A stretch of DNA of 64,000 nt. Origin: Omnitrophica bacterium GWA2_41_15. GTDB lineage: Bacteria > Omnitrophota > Gorgyraeia > Gygaellales > UBA12090. Location: contig CAKKRH010000012.1 of NCBI GenBank assembly GCA_919902675.1, positions 16,178 through 80,177 on the forward strand. The letters run 5' to 3'. Made by a program: the position numbers and the translations under genes. The notes under the pieces were generated by a model. It saw only the letters and a program-made list of their open reading frames with translations. It made no database searches and had not been told where the DNA came from. This document shows, in pieces, positions 9,701-20,400 of this stretch; position 1 is the stretch's first letter; each line of letters begins with the position of its first letter.

Positions 9701-10218
9701 TTTTGGATTATTATCCTAGAGGAGGAGGGCTTTATTTTAGCCATTATTCAGTAGAGCATGATGTTGTGGAAATAGTTACCGGCATAAAGGAGCATATGCT
9801 TGGAACAGATAACAAGCTTGTAAAGTTTATTAAGAAAAAGATATTTGAAGCCCAGAAGGCAGTAAATAAAGAGGTTAAAACCGGCGGTATTGACCTAAGC
9901 CGCATCAATAAGAGCATGCGTATGGAAAGCGTATCTTCGCCCGGATCCGGAGGTTTGGATAGCCCGGTGGATGTAGATTTCGATTTGGATGAGGAGCTCT
10001 CCCAACTGCAGAAATTACTTAACGCCCAGATCATCCCTTCAGCCGACCGGCTGAAGCGCTATGCCTATGCCGCCCGCGCAAGCTCTTTTTCTTCTCCGGA
10101 GTCAGCCGACAGCGCCCTTTCGCTTGTAGCCGAGACCTTCCGCCTGCAGGAGGAGAATGCCCTCCCCGCCTCCCCGGAGCTCAAAGCCCTGGCTGCCTGG
10201 CTGGAGCAGACCGGGTAA
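6769..10218 (+). CDS. Large secreted multidomain protein: conserved-unknown N- and C-terminal parts, central HExxH zincin-like and protein-kinase-like modules
   Basis: 1149-aa ORF with a signal-like segment LISFTLCLLLLLEQTGLAQT. HELMH is encoded at 8539-8553. Kinase-like motifs lie at ~9250-9740 (GGNRGKPVYKL..VVVKF, LTEFIPG, LDVSPENF, VLDYY). The central ~7950-9900 is visibly AT-richer than the flanks. Confidence 0.75.
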   Translation: MWFTLSMPHRCNKLISFTLCLLLLLEQTGLAQTVSLNLSNYLSQAPKPAVSDTFRPLHLRYISYDNSSQNFQLLLDKGSAKNPENSVVNDTTKELLKYFFIGLTLPNEKFWVNLRPDSPDDILDPDLEKTDIGRIFLEADVQLKKDTSGMTSPQTPEGKQYWDKLYKKAGELFGSENITIPTLTRPWIVPDEVIIRESPEGAYIYKATLKVMLEEDYLEGYQPSAVSSQQSKPNYQLLTSNYTFSDPRLKELNEYSTQLIKETIIPKLTRQINTSKRYAPLRQVYYSLILAQWFKQKYGRQSAVSGLQSAEQNNPYVKLIDSGSLTSNFQPLTSQNPYSKEIYFQQYQKSFKDGEYNLQEPVYTPMGQSIRRYMSGGMQMDCFPAIKAGKISGAGSPVDGLRPIIKKYCLLIGLPFAMFLSAEPSVNAITLNNNGLRLEAVVESEESLEEVVRVACKRLGLNIEDGDIKGYVAILHNQYPAEVKRGDSINIKELVEKMIVEDILKKCEVVSKQLIEVDNIKYKVYFVKSGKDIKYFSSTKGASIGDTIFINLEILKRDVKSALEDRVRNFIPPGTTEAELFNDTLKATLIHELMHILLSKWLKEGLKTSHLDEVLSDWFGEVPSAKSYMMKQELIAHLAQTLSSLYPKSYLASFMAGLISNDHPEWYINIFALIIDEVLNPGADGDPVKRLERLSNVEIMGTVRGMLEKYFRKDIIKILLELQKAVDGLLSAEKKPNNIGNGDAIHSIPTEKAESPIIPDSSGSPATEKIKEYIPPGSSSPMEPPSASLKPVDEEMQRYIDKMAEVIFNPQTNKFVDSLPIEDLSLGITIEKLTGGNRGKPVYKLSTGSESVVVKFFPPKLPDIESDFDIERIGLERGKGLPGFQQLRASKKYPDLNVSYILTEFIPGKSFSAGKWDFWEYQKKQSEYIKKLTPEIEIMPLEHWKQLVLIYLRADENEITLDVSPENFKYHPERGFMVLDYYPRGGGLYFSHYSVEHDVVEIVTGIKEHMLGTDNKLVKFIKKKIFEAQKAVNKEVKTGGIDLSRINKSMRMESVSSPGSGGLDSPVDVDFDLDEELSQLQKLLNAQIIPSADRLKRYAYAARASSFSSPESADSALSLVAETFRLQEENALPASPELKALAAWLEQTG
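7470..7497 (+). repeat. In-frame heptamer array (AACTTCT word family) inside the large ORF
   Basis: CTACCAACTTCTAACTTCTAACTACACC. The 17-mer TCTAACTTCTAACTACA (7479-7495) is identical to 17377-17393, which lies in the right arm of the carA-carB cassette. Confidence 0.8.
7741..7770 (+). repeat. Second in-frame array of the same word family
   Basis: CTAACTTCAAACTTCCAACCTCTAACTTCC, translated as LTSNFQPLTS. It has the same orientation as the array at 7470. Confidence 0.75.
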
Positions 10219-10311
10219 GTCTACTGCAAATTTTCCTTGATGCCTCCAAAAATATATGTAATTTGAAGTTGTGTATTCCAGATTGATTGGACCGTAAAAT
10301 AGTGATTAGGC

Positions 10312-10340
10312 TTGACAATACGTACGCTATATGATACGCT
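10312..10340 (+). promoter_or_regulatory. Putative promoter/operator of the toxin-antitoxin pair
   Basis: TTGACA (10312-10317), 17-nt spacer, TGaTACGCT extended -10-like element. TACGCT occurs twice (10323-10328 and 10335-10340). Confidence 0.4.
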
Positions 10341-10360
10341 TTGGGTAAGGAGGTAAACCA

Positions 10361-10603
10361 ATGACAACTTTAACTGCTACCCAGGCGCGCGCCAGGCTGT
10401 ATAGATTGCTGGATTCTGTCGCCCAATCCCACGAACCGGTGCAAATCACCGGCAAGCGCCATAACGCGGTATTGATATCCGATGACGACTGGCGTTCCAT
10501 AAAAGAAACCCTTTATTTGCTTTCCATTCCCGGTATGCGCAAGTCAATCCGCCAGGGGCTGAAGACCACGGTTTCCCGCTGCGCCAAGACCATTAAATGG
10601 TAA
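10361..10603 (+). CDS. Phd/YefM family antitoxin
   Basis: 80 aa. MTTLTATQARARLYRLLDSV...PVQITGKRHNAVLIS..DWRSIKETLYLLSIPG is the typical YefM pattern. Its stop overlaps the toxin start (ATGGTAA). Confidence 0.85.
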   Translation: MTTLTATQARARLYRLLDSVAQSHEPVQITGKRHNAVLISDDDWRSIKETLYLLSIPGMRKSIRQGLKTTVSRCAKTIKW

Positions 10604-10863
10604 GTTGGCAGTTAGTTTACACTAAACATGCGCAAAGGGATGCTAAAAAACTTTCCGCGTCGGGTTTGCGGCTCAAGGCTGAGGCCTTGCTGGAAATCTT
10701 AAAAGAAAATCCCTTCCAAAATCATCCTCCTTTTGAAAAGCTGGTTGGGGATTTAGCCGGAGCCTACTCGCGCAGGATAAACATCCAGCATCGCCTGGTA
10801 TATCAGGTTATTAAAGAATCCCGGACAGTCAAAATTGTCCGGATGTGGACGCATTACGAATAA
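10597..10863 (+). CDS. Txe/YoeB family toxin (mRNA interferase)
   Basis: 88 aa with YSRRINIQHRLVYQV and a C-terminal MWTHYE, characteristic of YoeB. It is translationally coupled to the antitoxin. Confidence 0.85.
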   Translation: MVSWQLVYTKHAQRDAKKLSASGLRLKAEALLEILKENPFQNHPPFEKLVGDLAGAYSRRINIQHRLVYQVIKESRTVKIVRMWTHYE

Positions 10864-10871
10864 AATTTGCC

Positions 10872-10899
10872 TTGACTTGAGATAAAAATTTGGTATAGT
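10872..10899 (+). promoter_or_regulatory. Strong sigma70-type promoter (extended -10) for the pyr operon leader
   Basis: TTGACT (10872-10877), 16-nt spacer, TGgTATAGT (10891-10899). Confidence 0.65.
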
Positions 10900-10906
10900 A
10901 AGGATA

Positions 10907-11023
10907 CCCTTTAAATCCGGCCCCGAGAGGCTGGAAAGGAATGAAAATGGAATACAATAAAAAAAGAATAATCATAGCCAAAACAGCCCTTGACGCCAAA
11001 AAGCGTTCAAGGGTTTTTATTTT
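10907..11023 (+). promoter_or_regulatory. PyrR-binding attenuator-like leader (binding hairpin plus intrinsic terminator)
   Basis: CCCUUUAAAUCCGGCCCCGAGAGGCUGGAAAGG (10907-10939) resembles the PyrR binding loop (CCUUUAA..UCC..GAGAGGCU..AAGG). The terminator CCCTTGACGC/GCGTTCAAGGG (10987-11013) is followed by TTTTTATTTT. The element lies upstream of pyrR-pyrB-pyrC. Confidence 0.5.
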
Positions 11024-11358
11024 ATGAAAATAGTAAATAATATCCTTTTAAGCGAACTTAAAGAAATGGCCGAAAAAGGTTTTGGCAGCATGGTAAAGGC
11101 TGTGGTGGACGTAGAGAAAGAAATCATAGCCGTAGACGCCGAGTTGCATTCGGACGAAGAGGCCTTGCTTTTGGAAAACGGATCGCGGCAAAAAGATCTC
11201 TGGGGAATAAATTTGTATCCTGGCGCAAGCGGGGATAATTTTATAGAATTTGATTCAATGATTAATCTGCGTCCGTCGCAAGGCAATATGAGCCGCGGCG
11301 TGGATAATCCCGAAGCGCGCGAGAAGATCACGGCGGCAGTCAACAAGATTATAAAAAG

Positions 11359-11362
<4 letters not shown>
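11024..11362 (+). CDS. Conserved hypothetical protein (I recall it as DUF5674-like; unverified)
   Basis: 112-aa ORF, first gene after the leader, overlapping the next ORF by ATGA. The minus-strand ORF at 11017-11373 is its shadow. Confidence 0.6.
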
Positions 11363-13179
<1,817 letters not shown>

Positions 13180-13183
<4 letters not shown>

Positions 13184-14472
13184 AGCTATTAATTAAGGGC
13201 GGACGGGTTATCGATCCGGAAAACCGGATGGATGAGGTTTTAGATCTCCTGGTTGAAGGCGATAAGATATCTAAGGCCGAAAAAAACATAAAGTGCCCGG
13301 CGGATAAGATAATAGACGCCGCGGACAAAATCGTGATTCCGGGACTGGTGGATTTACACGCGCATCTGCGAGAGCCCGGCCGGGAGGACAAAGAAACGGT
13401 TTTAAGCGCCACCCGGGCGGCCCTAAAGGGAGGGGTGACGACAATTTTGGCTATGCCCAACACCTCTCCGGCAATGGATTCTCCGGAAAATGTCGCCTTA
13501 TTGCAAGAGATTATCCGAAGAGATGCCCAGACAAATGTCCTTATCTGCGGGGCAATTACCATGGCTCGCCAAGGTAGGGAATTGACCGATATCGCTGGGT
13601 TAAAAAAGGCGGGGGTGCGCGCTGTTTCCGATGACGGCTCAGCCGTGGATAACGAGCAACTGTTTTTCGAGGCCTTAAAAAAGGCAAAAGAAGAAAAGGT
13701 CTTAGTGACCTGTCATTGCGAAGACCGGCTTTTGTCTAATAAAGGGGTAGTTAATCTGGGCTTTACCTCTACCCGCCTGGGTTTAAGGGGGATTTCCCGG
13801 GAATCCGAATATAAAAGGATAGAAAGAGACATCTGCCTGGCTGAAAAGGCCAAGGCCTCCATACATATCGCCCATGTTAGCTGTAAAGAGTCGGTAGAGA
13901 TAATTGCCATAGCCAAAAAAAGAGGGGTTCATCTGACCTGTGAGGCCTGCCCGCACCATTTTTCCCTAAGCGAGGAAGATGTCCTGGATTACGATGCCAA
14001 TAAGAAGATGAATCCTCCTTTGCGGGGAAAAGAGGATGTGGAGGCCATAAGGCAGGGCTTAAAAGACGGGATTATCGACGCTATTGCCTCAGATCACGCC
14101 CCGCATACCGAAAACGAAAAGGACATAGAGTTTGAACGCGCGGAGTTTGGGGTCATCGGTCTGGAGACAATGCTGGCGGTAAGTATCACCGAGTTAGTCA
14201 GCGGCGGCATATTGAATTGGCCGAACTTAGTAAGGAGGATGTCTTTAGGCCCGGCTAAGATTTTAGGCCTGGACAAGGGCACGCTGGGAGCAGGGTGCGT
14301 AGCGGATATAGCGGTGGTTGACCCAGAGAAGGAATGGACGGTTGAGAAAGGTGGGTTTGTTTCCAAATCCCGGAATTCAGCCTTCCTGGGCCGGAAGCTA
14401 AAAGGAGTCGTTGAGTATACGATTCACAATGGTATAATAGCCTATCCCTTTGATAATGGAATTTGTCGCTGA
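13180..14472 (+). CDS. pyrC: Dihydroorotase
   Basis: GLVDLHAHLREPG metal-binding motif, DHAPH motif, 430 aa. Overlaps the pyrB stop. Confidence 0.95.
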
Positions 14473-15694
14473 TTTTCATATACACTCAAAATACTCCCGG
14501 GCCACCTCCAAGGATATGGATGTGGAGCATTTAGCCCAATGGGCCAAGATAAAAGGCATCCAGTTGATGGGCACCGGGGATTTTACCCATCACTTATGGC
14601 TGGAGGAACTCCGGAGTAAATTAGAGGATAAGGGAAACGGTTTATATGAATATAAAGGCATTAATTTTATCTTATCCAGCGAGATAAGCAGTATCTATTC
14701 CAAAAATAACCGGGGCCATCGCATCCATAACATTATTTTTGCCCCTTCATTTAAAACCGTAGACAAAATTAACGCCCATTTGGCCGGAATTGGTAACCTG
14801 GCCTCGGATGGACGGCCGATTCTGGGCCTGGACGCCGCGGAATTAGCCCGGATAATTTTTGATATTGATGAGAACTGTGTCCTGGTGCCCGGGCATATCT
14901 GGACTCCCTGGTTTAGTTTGTTTGGCTCAATGTCCGGGTTTAATAAAATTGAGGATTGTTTTGAAGAGCAGACTTCCAAGATATTTGCCTTGGAAACAGG
15001 ACTTTCTTCGGACCCAGCAATGAATTGGCGTTTAAGCGCCTTGGATAGGTTCAGTTTAATTTCTAATAGTGATAGCCATTCTCCCGCAAAAATCGGCCGG
15101 GAGGCCAATGTCTTTAACTGTGAGCTTTCTTATCCGGCAATAATGGAGGCCTTAAGAACTAAAGATAAAAGCAAGTTTTTATATACTATAGAGTTTTATC
15201 CGGAGGAAGGCAAATACCATTACGATGGCCATCGCCTCTGCGGGGTGCGATTTTCGCCCCAGGAAAGCAAGGCCCATAAAAACCTCTGCCCCAAATGCGG
15301 TAAGCCTTTGACCATCGGGGTGATGAACCGGGTGGACCAGCTCGCCGACCGGCCCGAGAGCTTTAAGCCGGATAATGCTATTCCCTTTAAAAACCTGATT
15401 CCTTTGGATGAGATTATTGCCGATGTTAAGGGAATGGGCAAGGCCTCAAAGAGTGTGGAACAGGAATACCGGAGTATCCTGGCTAAGTTCGGTACGGAAT
15501 TTGAGGTTTTGGGCAAGGTGCCGCAAGAGGATTTGCGTAAAGGGATGGACCCGCGCATCGCCGAGGCAATCATCCGCAGCCGCCAGGGCAAGGTGAATAT
15601 CACCCCCGGCTATGACGGCGAATACGGCAAGGTCTCCATCTTTGGCGATGACGATAAGCCCAAAAAGCACGAAGAGCAGTTAAGCTTTTTTTGA
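14456..15694 (+). CDS. PHP-domain endonuclease Q-like protein
   Basis: MEFVADFHIHSKYSRATS PHP metal motif and the Zn-ribbon CPKCGKPLTIGVMNRV. The layout matches EndoQ-type enzymes as I recall them. The track start at 14450 is TTG, so I prefer the ATG at 14456. Confidence 0.65.
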   Translation: MEFVADFHIHSKYSRATSKDMDVEHLAQWAKIKGIQLMGTGDFTHHLWLEELRSKLEDKGNGLYEYKGINFILSSEISSIYSKNNRGHRIHNIIFAPSFKTVDKINAHLAGIGNLASDGRPILGLDAAELARIIFDIDENCVLVPGHIWTPWFSLFGSMSGFNKIEDCFEEQTSKIFALETGLSSDPAMNWRLSALDRFSLISNSDSHSPAKIGREANVFNCELSYPAIMEALRTKDKSKFLYTIEFYPEEGKYHYDGHRLCGVRFSPQESKAHKNLCPKCGKPLTIGVMNRVDQLADRPESFKPDNAIPFKNLIPLDEIIADVKGMGKASKSVEQEYRSILAKFGTEFEVLGKVPQEDLRKGMDPRIAEAIIRSRQGKVNITPGYDGEYGKVSIFGDDDKPKKHEEQLSFF

Positions 15695-15704
15695 GATAAA
15701 TTGC

Positions 15705-15776
15705 GCGCCTGTGGCCCAACGGATAGGGCAGCAGCCTCCGAAGCTGCTGGTGCAGGTTCAATTCCTGCCAGGCGCA
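15705..15776 (+). tRNA. tRNA-Arg (anticodon CCG)
   Basis: Acceptor GCGCCTG/CAGGCGC, anticodon stem GCAGC/GCTGC with loop CTCCGAA, T-arm GCAGG TTCAATT CCTGC. 72 nt. Confidence 0.88.
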
Positions 15777-15782
15777 TAAATA

Positions 15783-15820
15783 CAGAGTTAAGAGTAAAGA
15801 ATTAAGAGCTAAGTTAGGTT
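15783..15820. repeat. Solo heptamer array (TAAGAG/TAAAGA word family) 3' of tRNA-Arg
   Basis: CAGAGTT AAGAGTA AAGAATT AAGAGCT AAGTTAG. The 12-mer TAAGAGTAAAGA (15789-15800) also occurs at 25032-25043, in the left arm of the second cassette. Confidence 0.7.
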
Positions 15821-15879
15821 AACAGCTATTTTCAGAAGTGGAGTAGTTAACCCATAAAATTAGTACAATTGAGGTAAAA

Positions 15880-16977
15880 GTGGGGCAAGCAATACTGCTA
15901 TTAGAGGATGGGACAAGTTTCGTGGGGGAAGGCTTTGGGGTGCAGGGTGAGGCCTTCGGGGAGGTGGTTTTTAATACCTCTATTACCGGCTATCAGGAAA
16001 TCATTACTGATCCTTCTTATAAGGGGCAGATTGTCTTGATGACCTATCCGCTGATTGGTAACTATGGGGTTAATGAAGAGGATGTGGAATCCCGCAAGCC
16101 CTGGTTGGAAGGATTTGTGGTTAAGGAGTTGAGCTCAATTCGCTCTAACTGGCGCTCCACGATGAGCTTGGATGAGTATTTGAAAAAATATAACATCGTG
16201 GGCATCCAGGGGATTGACACCCGGGCCTTGACCCGGCACCTGCGGATGAAGGGGGCCCAGCAGGGGGTAATCTCAACCCAAGACCTTGATGCCGACAGCC
16301 TGATGAAAAAGCTTAAGGCCTCGCCTCGGCTGGTAGGCGTTGATTTAGTAAAAGAGGTAACCTGCAAAGAACCGTATGAATGGAGTGAGAAGTTAGGAGT
16401 TGCAAAGCACAAGTTAAAATATAAAGTTGCAGTCTTAGACTGCGGAGTAAAATTCAATATCCTGCGCAATCTGGTAAGCGTCGGCTGTAAGGTAAAGGTA
16501 ATGCCGGCGCGAACCTCTGTTGAAGAGATACTGAAACTTAAGCCCGACGGCCTCTTGCTTTCCAATGGCCCCGGCGACCCGGAGGCGGTTACTTATGTGA
16601 TTGAAACCGCGCGTAAACTTTTGGGTAAGCTTCCTATATTCGGGATATGCCTGGGCCATCAGATACTGGGGTTGGCCTTAGGTGGGAAAACCTATAAGTT
16701 AAAATTCGGCCATCACGGCGGAAACCATCCGGTGAAGGATTTAAAAACCGGCAAAATCTCCATCACCAGTCAAAACCACGGTTTTAATGTGGACATGCGG
16801 TCTATTCCCGACAAAAAAGCAGTGATGACTCACATCAATTTATACGATAATACCGCCGAAGGATTAGAACATAATAAACTAAAGCTTTTTAGCGTCCAGT
16901 ATCACCCCGAAGCCGGCCCCGGCCCTCACGACGCCCGATATTTGTTTGAGCGCTTTGTAAAGCTGATGAGGAAGTAG
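15880..16977 (+). CDS. carA: Carbamoyl-phosphate synthase small (glutaminase) subunit
   Basis: GTG start. PIFGICLGHQ catalytic Cys motif and the VQYHPEA motif. 365 aa. Confidence 0.95.
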   Translation: MGQAILLLEDGTSFVGEGFGVQGEAFGEVVFNTSITGYQEIITDPSYKGQIVLMTYPLIGNYGVNEEDVESRKPWLEGFVVKELSSIRSNWRSTMSLDEYLKKYNIVGIQGIDTRALTRHLRMKGAQQGVISTQDLDADSLMKKLKASPRLVGVDLVKEVTCKEPYEWSEKLGVAKHKLKYKVAVLDCGVKFNILRNLVSVGCKVKVMPARTSVEEILKLKPDGLLLSNGPGDPEAVTYVIETARKLLGKLPIFGICLGHQILGLALGGKTYKLKFGHHGGNHPVKDLKTGKISITSQNHGFNVDMRSIPDKKAVMTHINLYDNTAEGLEHNKLKLFSVQYHPEAGPGPHDARYLFERFVKLMRK

Positions 16978-16982
16978 AAACA

Positions 16983-17010
16983 GAAGTTTGAAGTTTGAAG
17001 TTTGAGGTTA
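16983..17010. repeat. Left inverted arm of four-helix-bundle cassette 1 (4 x 7 nt)
   Basis: GAAGTTT GAAGTTT GAAGTTT GAGGTTA, located immediately after the carA stop. Confidence 0.8.
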
Positions 17011-17015
17011 GGAAT

Positions 17016-17381
17016 ATGGAAAAGTTTATTTTTGAAAAATTAGAGGTATATAAAAAAGCCTTAGAATTCATAGGAAAAGTAATTGATACGGCAAAAACCT
17101 TGCCCACAGATATAAAATACACTTTGGGAAAGGAGTTGATAAAAACAAGCGTGTCTATTGCCAATAATTTAGCTGAGGGAAGCGGCAGAAGAAGCAGAAA
17201 GGAAAAAAGACAATTTTATGATATTGCTCAAGGCTCCATATTTGAATGTATTCCTATGCTTAGTGTATTAAAAAATAAAACATTTATTACTCAAGAAGAA
17301 TATTCAGAGTTATATGAGTATTGTTTTGTAATGGCTAAAATGGTTTCCGGCTTAATCCGCCACCAAACTACTAACCTCTAA
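17016..17381 (+). CDS. Four-helix-bundle protein (23S rRNA intervening-sequence protein / Avd family)
   Basis: FEKLEVYKKALEF...SVSIANNLAEGSGRRSRKEKRQFYDIAQGSIFEC matches the family signature (NIAEG..R.S.KE...F..IA.GS..E). The ORF is AT-rich. The ATG at 17016 is preferred over the TTG at 16995. Confidence 0.85.
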   Translation: MEKFIFEKLEVYKKALEFIGKVIDTAKTLPTDIKYTLGKELIKTSVSIANNLAEGSGRRSRKEKRQFYDIAQGSIFECIPMLSVLKNKTFITQEEYSELYEYCFVMAKMVSGLIRHQTTNL

Positions 17382-17395
17382 CTTCTAACTACAGC
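17364..17395. repeat. Right inverted arm of cassette 1
   Basis: AACTACT AACCTCT AACTTCT AACTACA. The reverse complement GTTAGAAGTTAGAGGTTAG matches the left-arm GTTTGAAGTTTGAGGTTAG at 17 of 19 positions. The arm overlaps the ORF stop. Confidence 0.8.
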
Positions 17396-17400
17396 TTTTT

Positions 17401-20400
17401 ATGCCAAAAAGAACCGACATCAAAAAAATCCTGATTATTGGCTCTGGTCCGATCATTATCGGCCAGGCCTGCGAGTTTGATTATTCCGGGACCCAGGCCT
17501 GTAAGGCTTTACGGGAAGAAGGTTTTAAAGTAATTTTGGTCAATTCTAACCCGGCAACCATTATGACCGACCCGGAAACCGCGGACAGGACCTATATTGA
17601 GCCGATAACCGTGGAGATGTTAGAGAAGATTATTCAGAAAGAAAAACCCGACGCTCTGCTTCCTACTTTAGGCGGACAAACCGGATTAAATGTAAGTATC
17701 AAGCTGGCGGAGGCCGGAATCCTGGATAAGCATAAGGTTCAGATGATTGGCGCTGACCGTAAGGCTATCAAGAAGGCCGAGGACCGCAAGCTCTTTAAAC
17801 AGGCGATGCAAAAAATCGGCCTGGATTTGCCTAAGAGCGGATTGGCCCGCGACATAAAAGAAGCCAAAAAGATTGCCGCGAAAATCGGCTTTCCGCTGAT
17901 TATCCGTCCTTCCTTTACCTTAGGCGGCAGCGGCGCCGGCACAGTTTATACCGCGCAGGAATTTGAGCTTATGGCCCGGAGGGGTCTGGAATCCAGCATG
18001 ATTTCCGAGATCCTGATTGAAGAATCCATCATCGGCTGGAAGGAATATGAGCTGGAGGTAATGCGGGATAGAAAAGACAATGTGGTGATCATCTGTTCTA
18101 TTGAGAACTTTGACCCGATGGGGGTGCATACCGGAGATTCTATCACCGTGGCCCCGGCCCAGACTCTGAGCGACCGGGAATACCAGAAGATGCGCGACGC
18201 GGCAATTGCCTGTATCCGGGAAATCGGAGTGGAAACCGGTGGTTCAAATATCCAGTTCGCGGTCAATCCGGATAATGGCCGGATGGTGGTGATTGAGATG
18301 AATCCCAGGGTTTCCCGTTCCTCAGCCCTGGCCTCCAAGGCCACCGGTTTTCCCATTGCCAAGATTGCCGCCAAGCTGGCGGTAGGTTATACCCTGGATG
18401 AAATCCCCAATGATATCACCAAAAATACCCCGGCCTCTTTTGAGCCGACTATAGACTATTGCGTGGTCAAGATTCCCCGTTTTGCCTTTGAAAAATTCCC
18501 TTCGGCAGACTCTACCCTGACTATTCAGATGAAGTCCGTGGGCGAGGTAATGGCTATCGGCCGGACTTTTAAAGAGGCCCTGCAAAAGGGAATCCGCGGC
18601 CTGGAGATTAAGCGCGACGGCTTAAGCGGGATAAAATATAAGGATAAAACCGAACTGGAAGAACAGTTAAAAAGGCCGAACGCGGAAAGATTATTTTATC
18701 TCTATGAAGCGCTTAAAGAAAATTATTCCTTAGACAGGCTTTATGAGCTAACCAAGATAGACCGCTGGTTTCTGCAAAACTTAAAAGAGCTTGTAGAATT
18801 TGAGAGTCAGCTTTCAGCAAAAGAAAACCCTCCGCAAGAAATAATTTTAAAAGCCAAACAGCTGGGTTTTAGCGATAAACAAATAGCCAGGATTTTAAAT
18901 AAAGACGAAGATAGCGTCCGGGCCTTGCGCAAGGCCCAAGGTGTTGAGCCGGTGTATAAGCTGGTGGATACCTGCTCCGCGGAGTTTGAGGCCTGGACTC
19001 CGTATTATTATTCTACTTATGAAACGCCCTTCGCTAAACCCGAAACCCGAAACCCGAAACCCGAAACAAATCCTAATGACCAAAACCAAAATTTCCAAAT
19101 TACCGAAGACGAAACCAGAAAGACCGAGAAGAAAAAGATTATGATTTTAGGCGGAGGGCCGAACCGGATCGGCCAGGGGATAGAGTTTGACTATTGCTGT
19201 GTGCACGCCTCTTTTGCCCTCAAAGAAATGGGTTATGAGACCATAATGGTTAACTCTAACCCCGAGACTGTCTCCACTGATTACGATACCTCGGATAAAT
19301 TATACTTTGAACCCTTGACCAAAGAAGATGTACTAAATATCATCGATAAGGAAAAGCCGGAAGGGGTAATTGTGCAGTTGGGCGGTCAGACCCCTTTGAA
19401 TCTGGCGGTGCCGCTTAAAGAGGCCGGGGTGAGGATTTTAGGCACTTCGGCCGATGCCATTGACCGGGCTGAGGACCGCAAGCGTTTTTCCCAGCTGGTG
19501 GAAAAATTAGGCCTGGTTCAGCCGGCTAACGGCAGCGCGGTTACCTTTGAGCAGGCTAAGACAATCGCTCGAAAAATCGGCTATCCGGTTTTGGTCAGGC
19601 CTTCGTATGTTCTTGGTGGCCGGGCCATGGAGATCATCTATGACGATCAGGCCCTGGAGTATTATATTCAGCGCGCGGTCTGGGCTTCTCCGGAGCGTCC
19701 GATTCTGGTGGATAAATTTATTGAGGATGCCATTGAAGTGGATGTGGATATGGTTGGCGACGGGGAAACCTTTTGTATTGGAGCAATTATGGAACATATC
19801 GAAGAGGCCGGGGTGCATTCAGGCGACGCGGCCATGGTTTTGCCGGCGCATACCTTAACCCCTGAGATTTTAGATAAGGTCCGTGATTATACATATCGCC
19901 TGGCCAAAGAGCTGAATATTATCGGTTTAATGAATGTGCAATACGCGGTCAAAAATAGCACCGTCTATATCTTAGAGGTTAACCCCCGGGCCTCACGCAC
20001 CGCGCCTTTTGTTTCTAAGGCTATCGGCGTGCCCCTTGCCAAGTTAGCGGCCAAGGTAATGGCAGGTGAGACTCTTAAAGAACTGGGCTTTACCCGGGAA
20101 ATTACCCCAAAACACATTTCAGTCAAGGAATCCGTCCTGCCTTTTGTGAAATTTCCCGGAGTGGACATAACCTTAGGCCCGGAGATGAAATCAACCGGCG
20201 AGGTAATGGGCATTGATACCGATTTTGGCCGGGCTTACGCCAAGAGCCAGCTGGCCGCTTATCAGAATTTGCCCGCGGCCAAAGGCACGGTTTTCATCAG
20301 CGTCAAAGACAAGGATAAAAGAACACAGATGGCCAAGACCGCCAAGAAGCTAAAGGACTTGAAATTTGAAATTATCTCAACTCTGGGCACGGCTAAGTTC

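Noticed and set aside
5141-10863. Tn7-like or CRISPR-associated transposon at the glmS attachment site.
   Set aside because: No TnsA/B/C/D-like genes, Cas genes or Tn7-type end repeats are present. Only an ATPase, a large secreted protein and a toxin-antitoxin pair are present. The glmS-end duplication is reported separately.
10941-11027. Possible 28-aa leader peptide (MKMEYNKKRIIIAKTALDAKKRSRVFIL) between the promoter and the terminator.
   Set aside because: The region is better explained as a PyrR-type attenuator RNA. The ORF runs through the terminator stem, and PyrR systems do not need a leader peptide. This remains unproven.
18895-19144. Short ORFs on both strands across the carB linker (18895-19098 minus strand, 18941-19144 plus strand).
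   Set aside because: They are alternative frames of the repeat-expanded carB linker. The carB frame is continuous and conserved on both sides.
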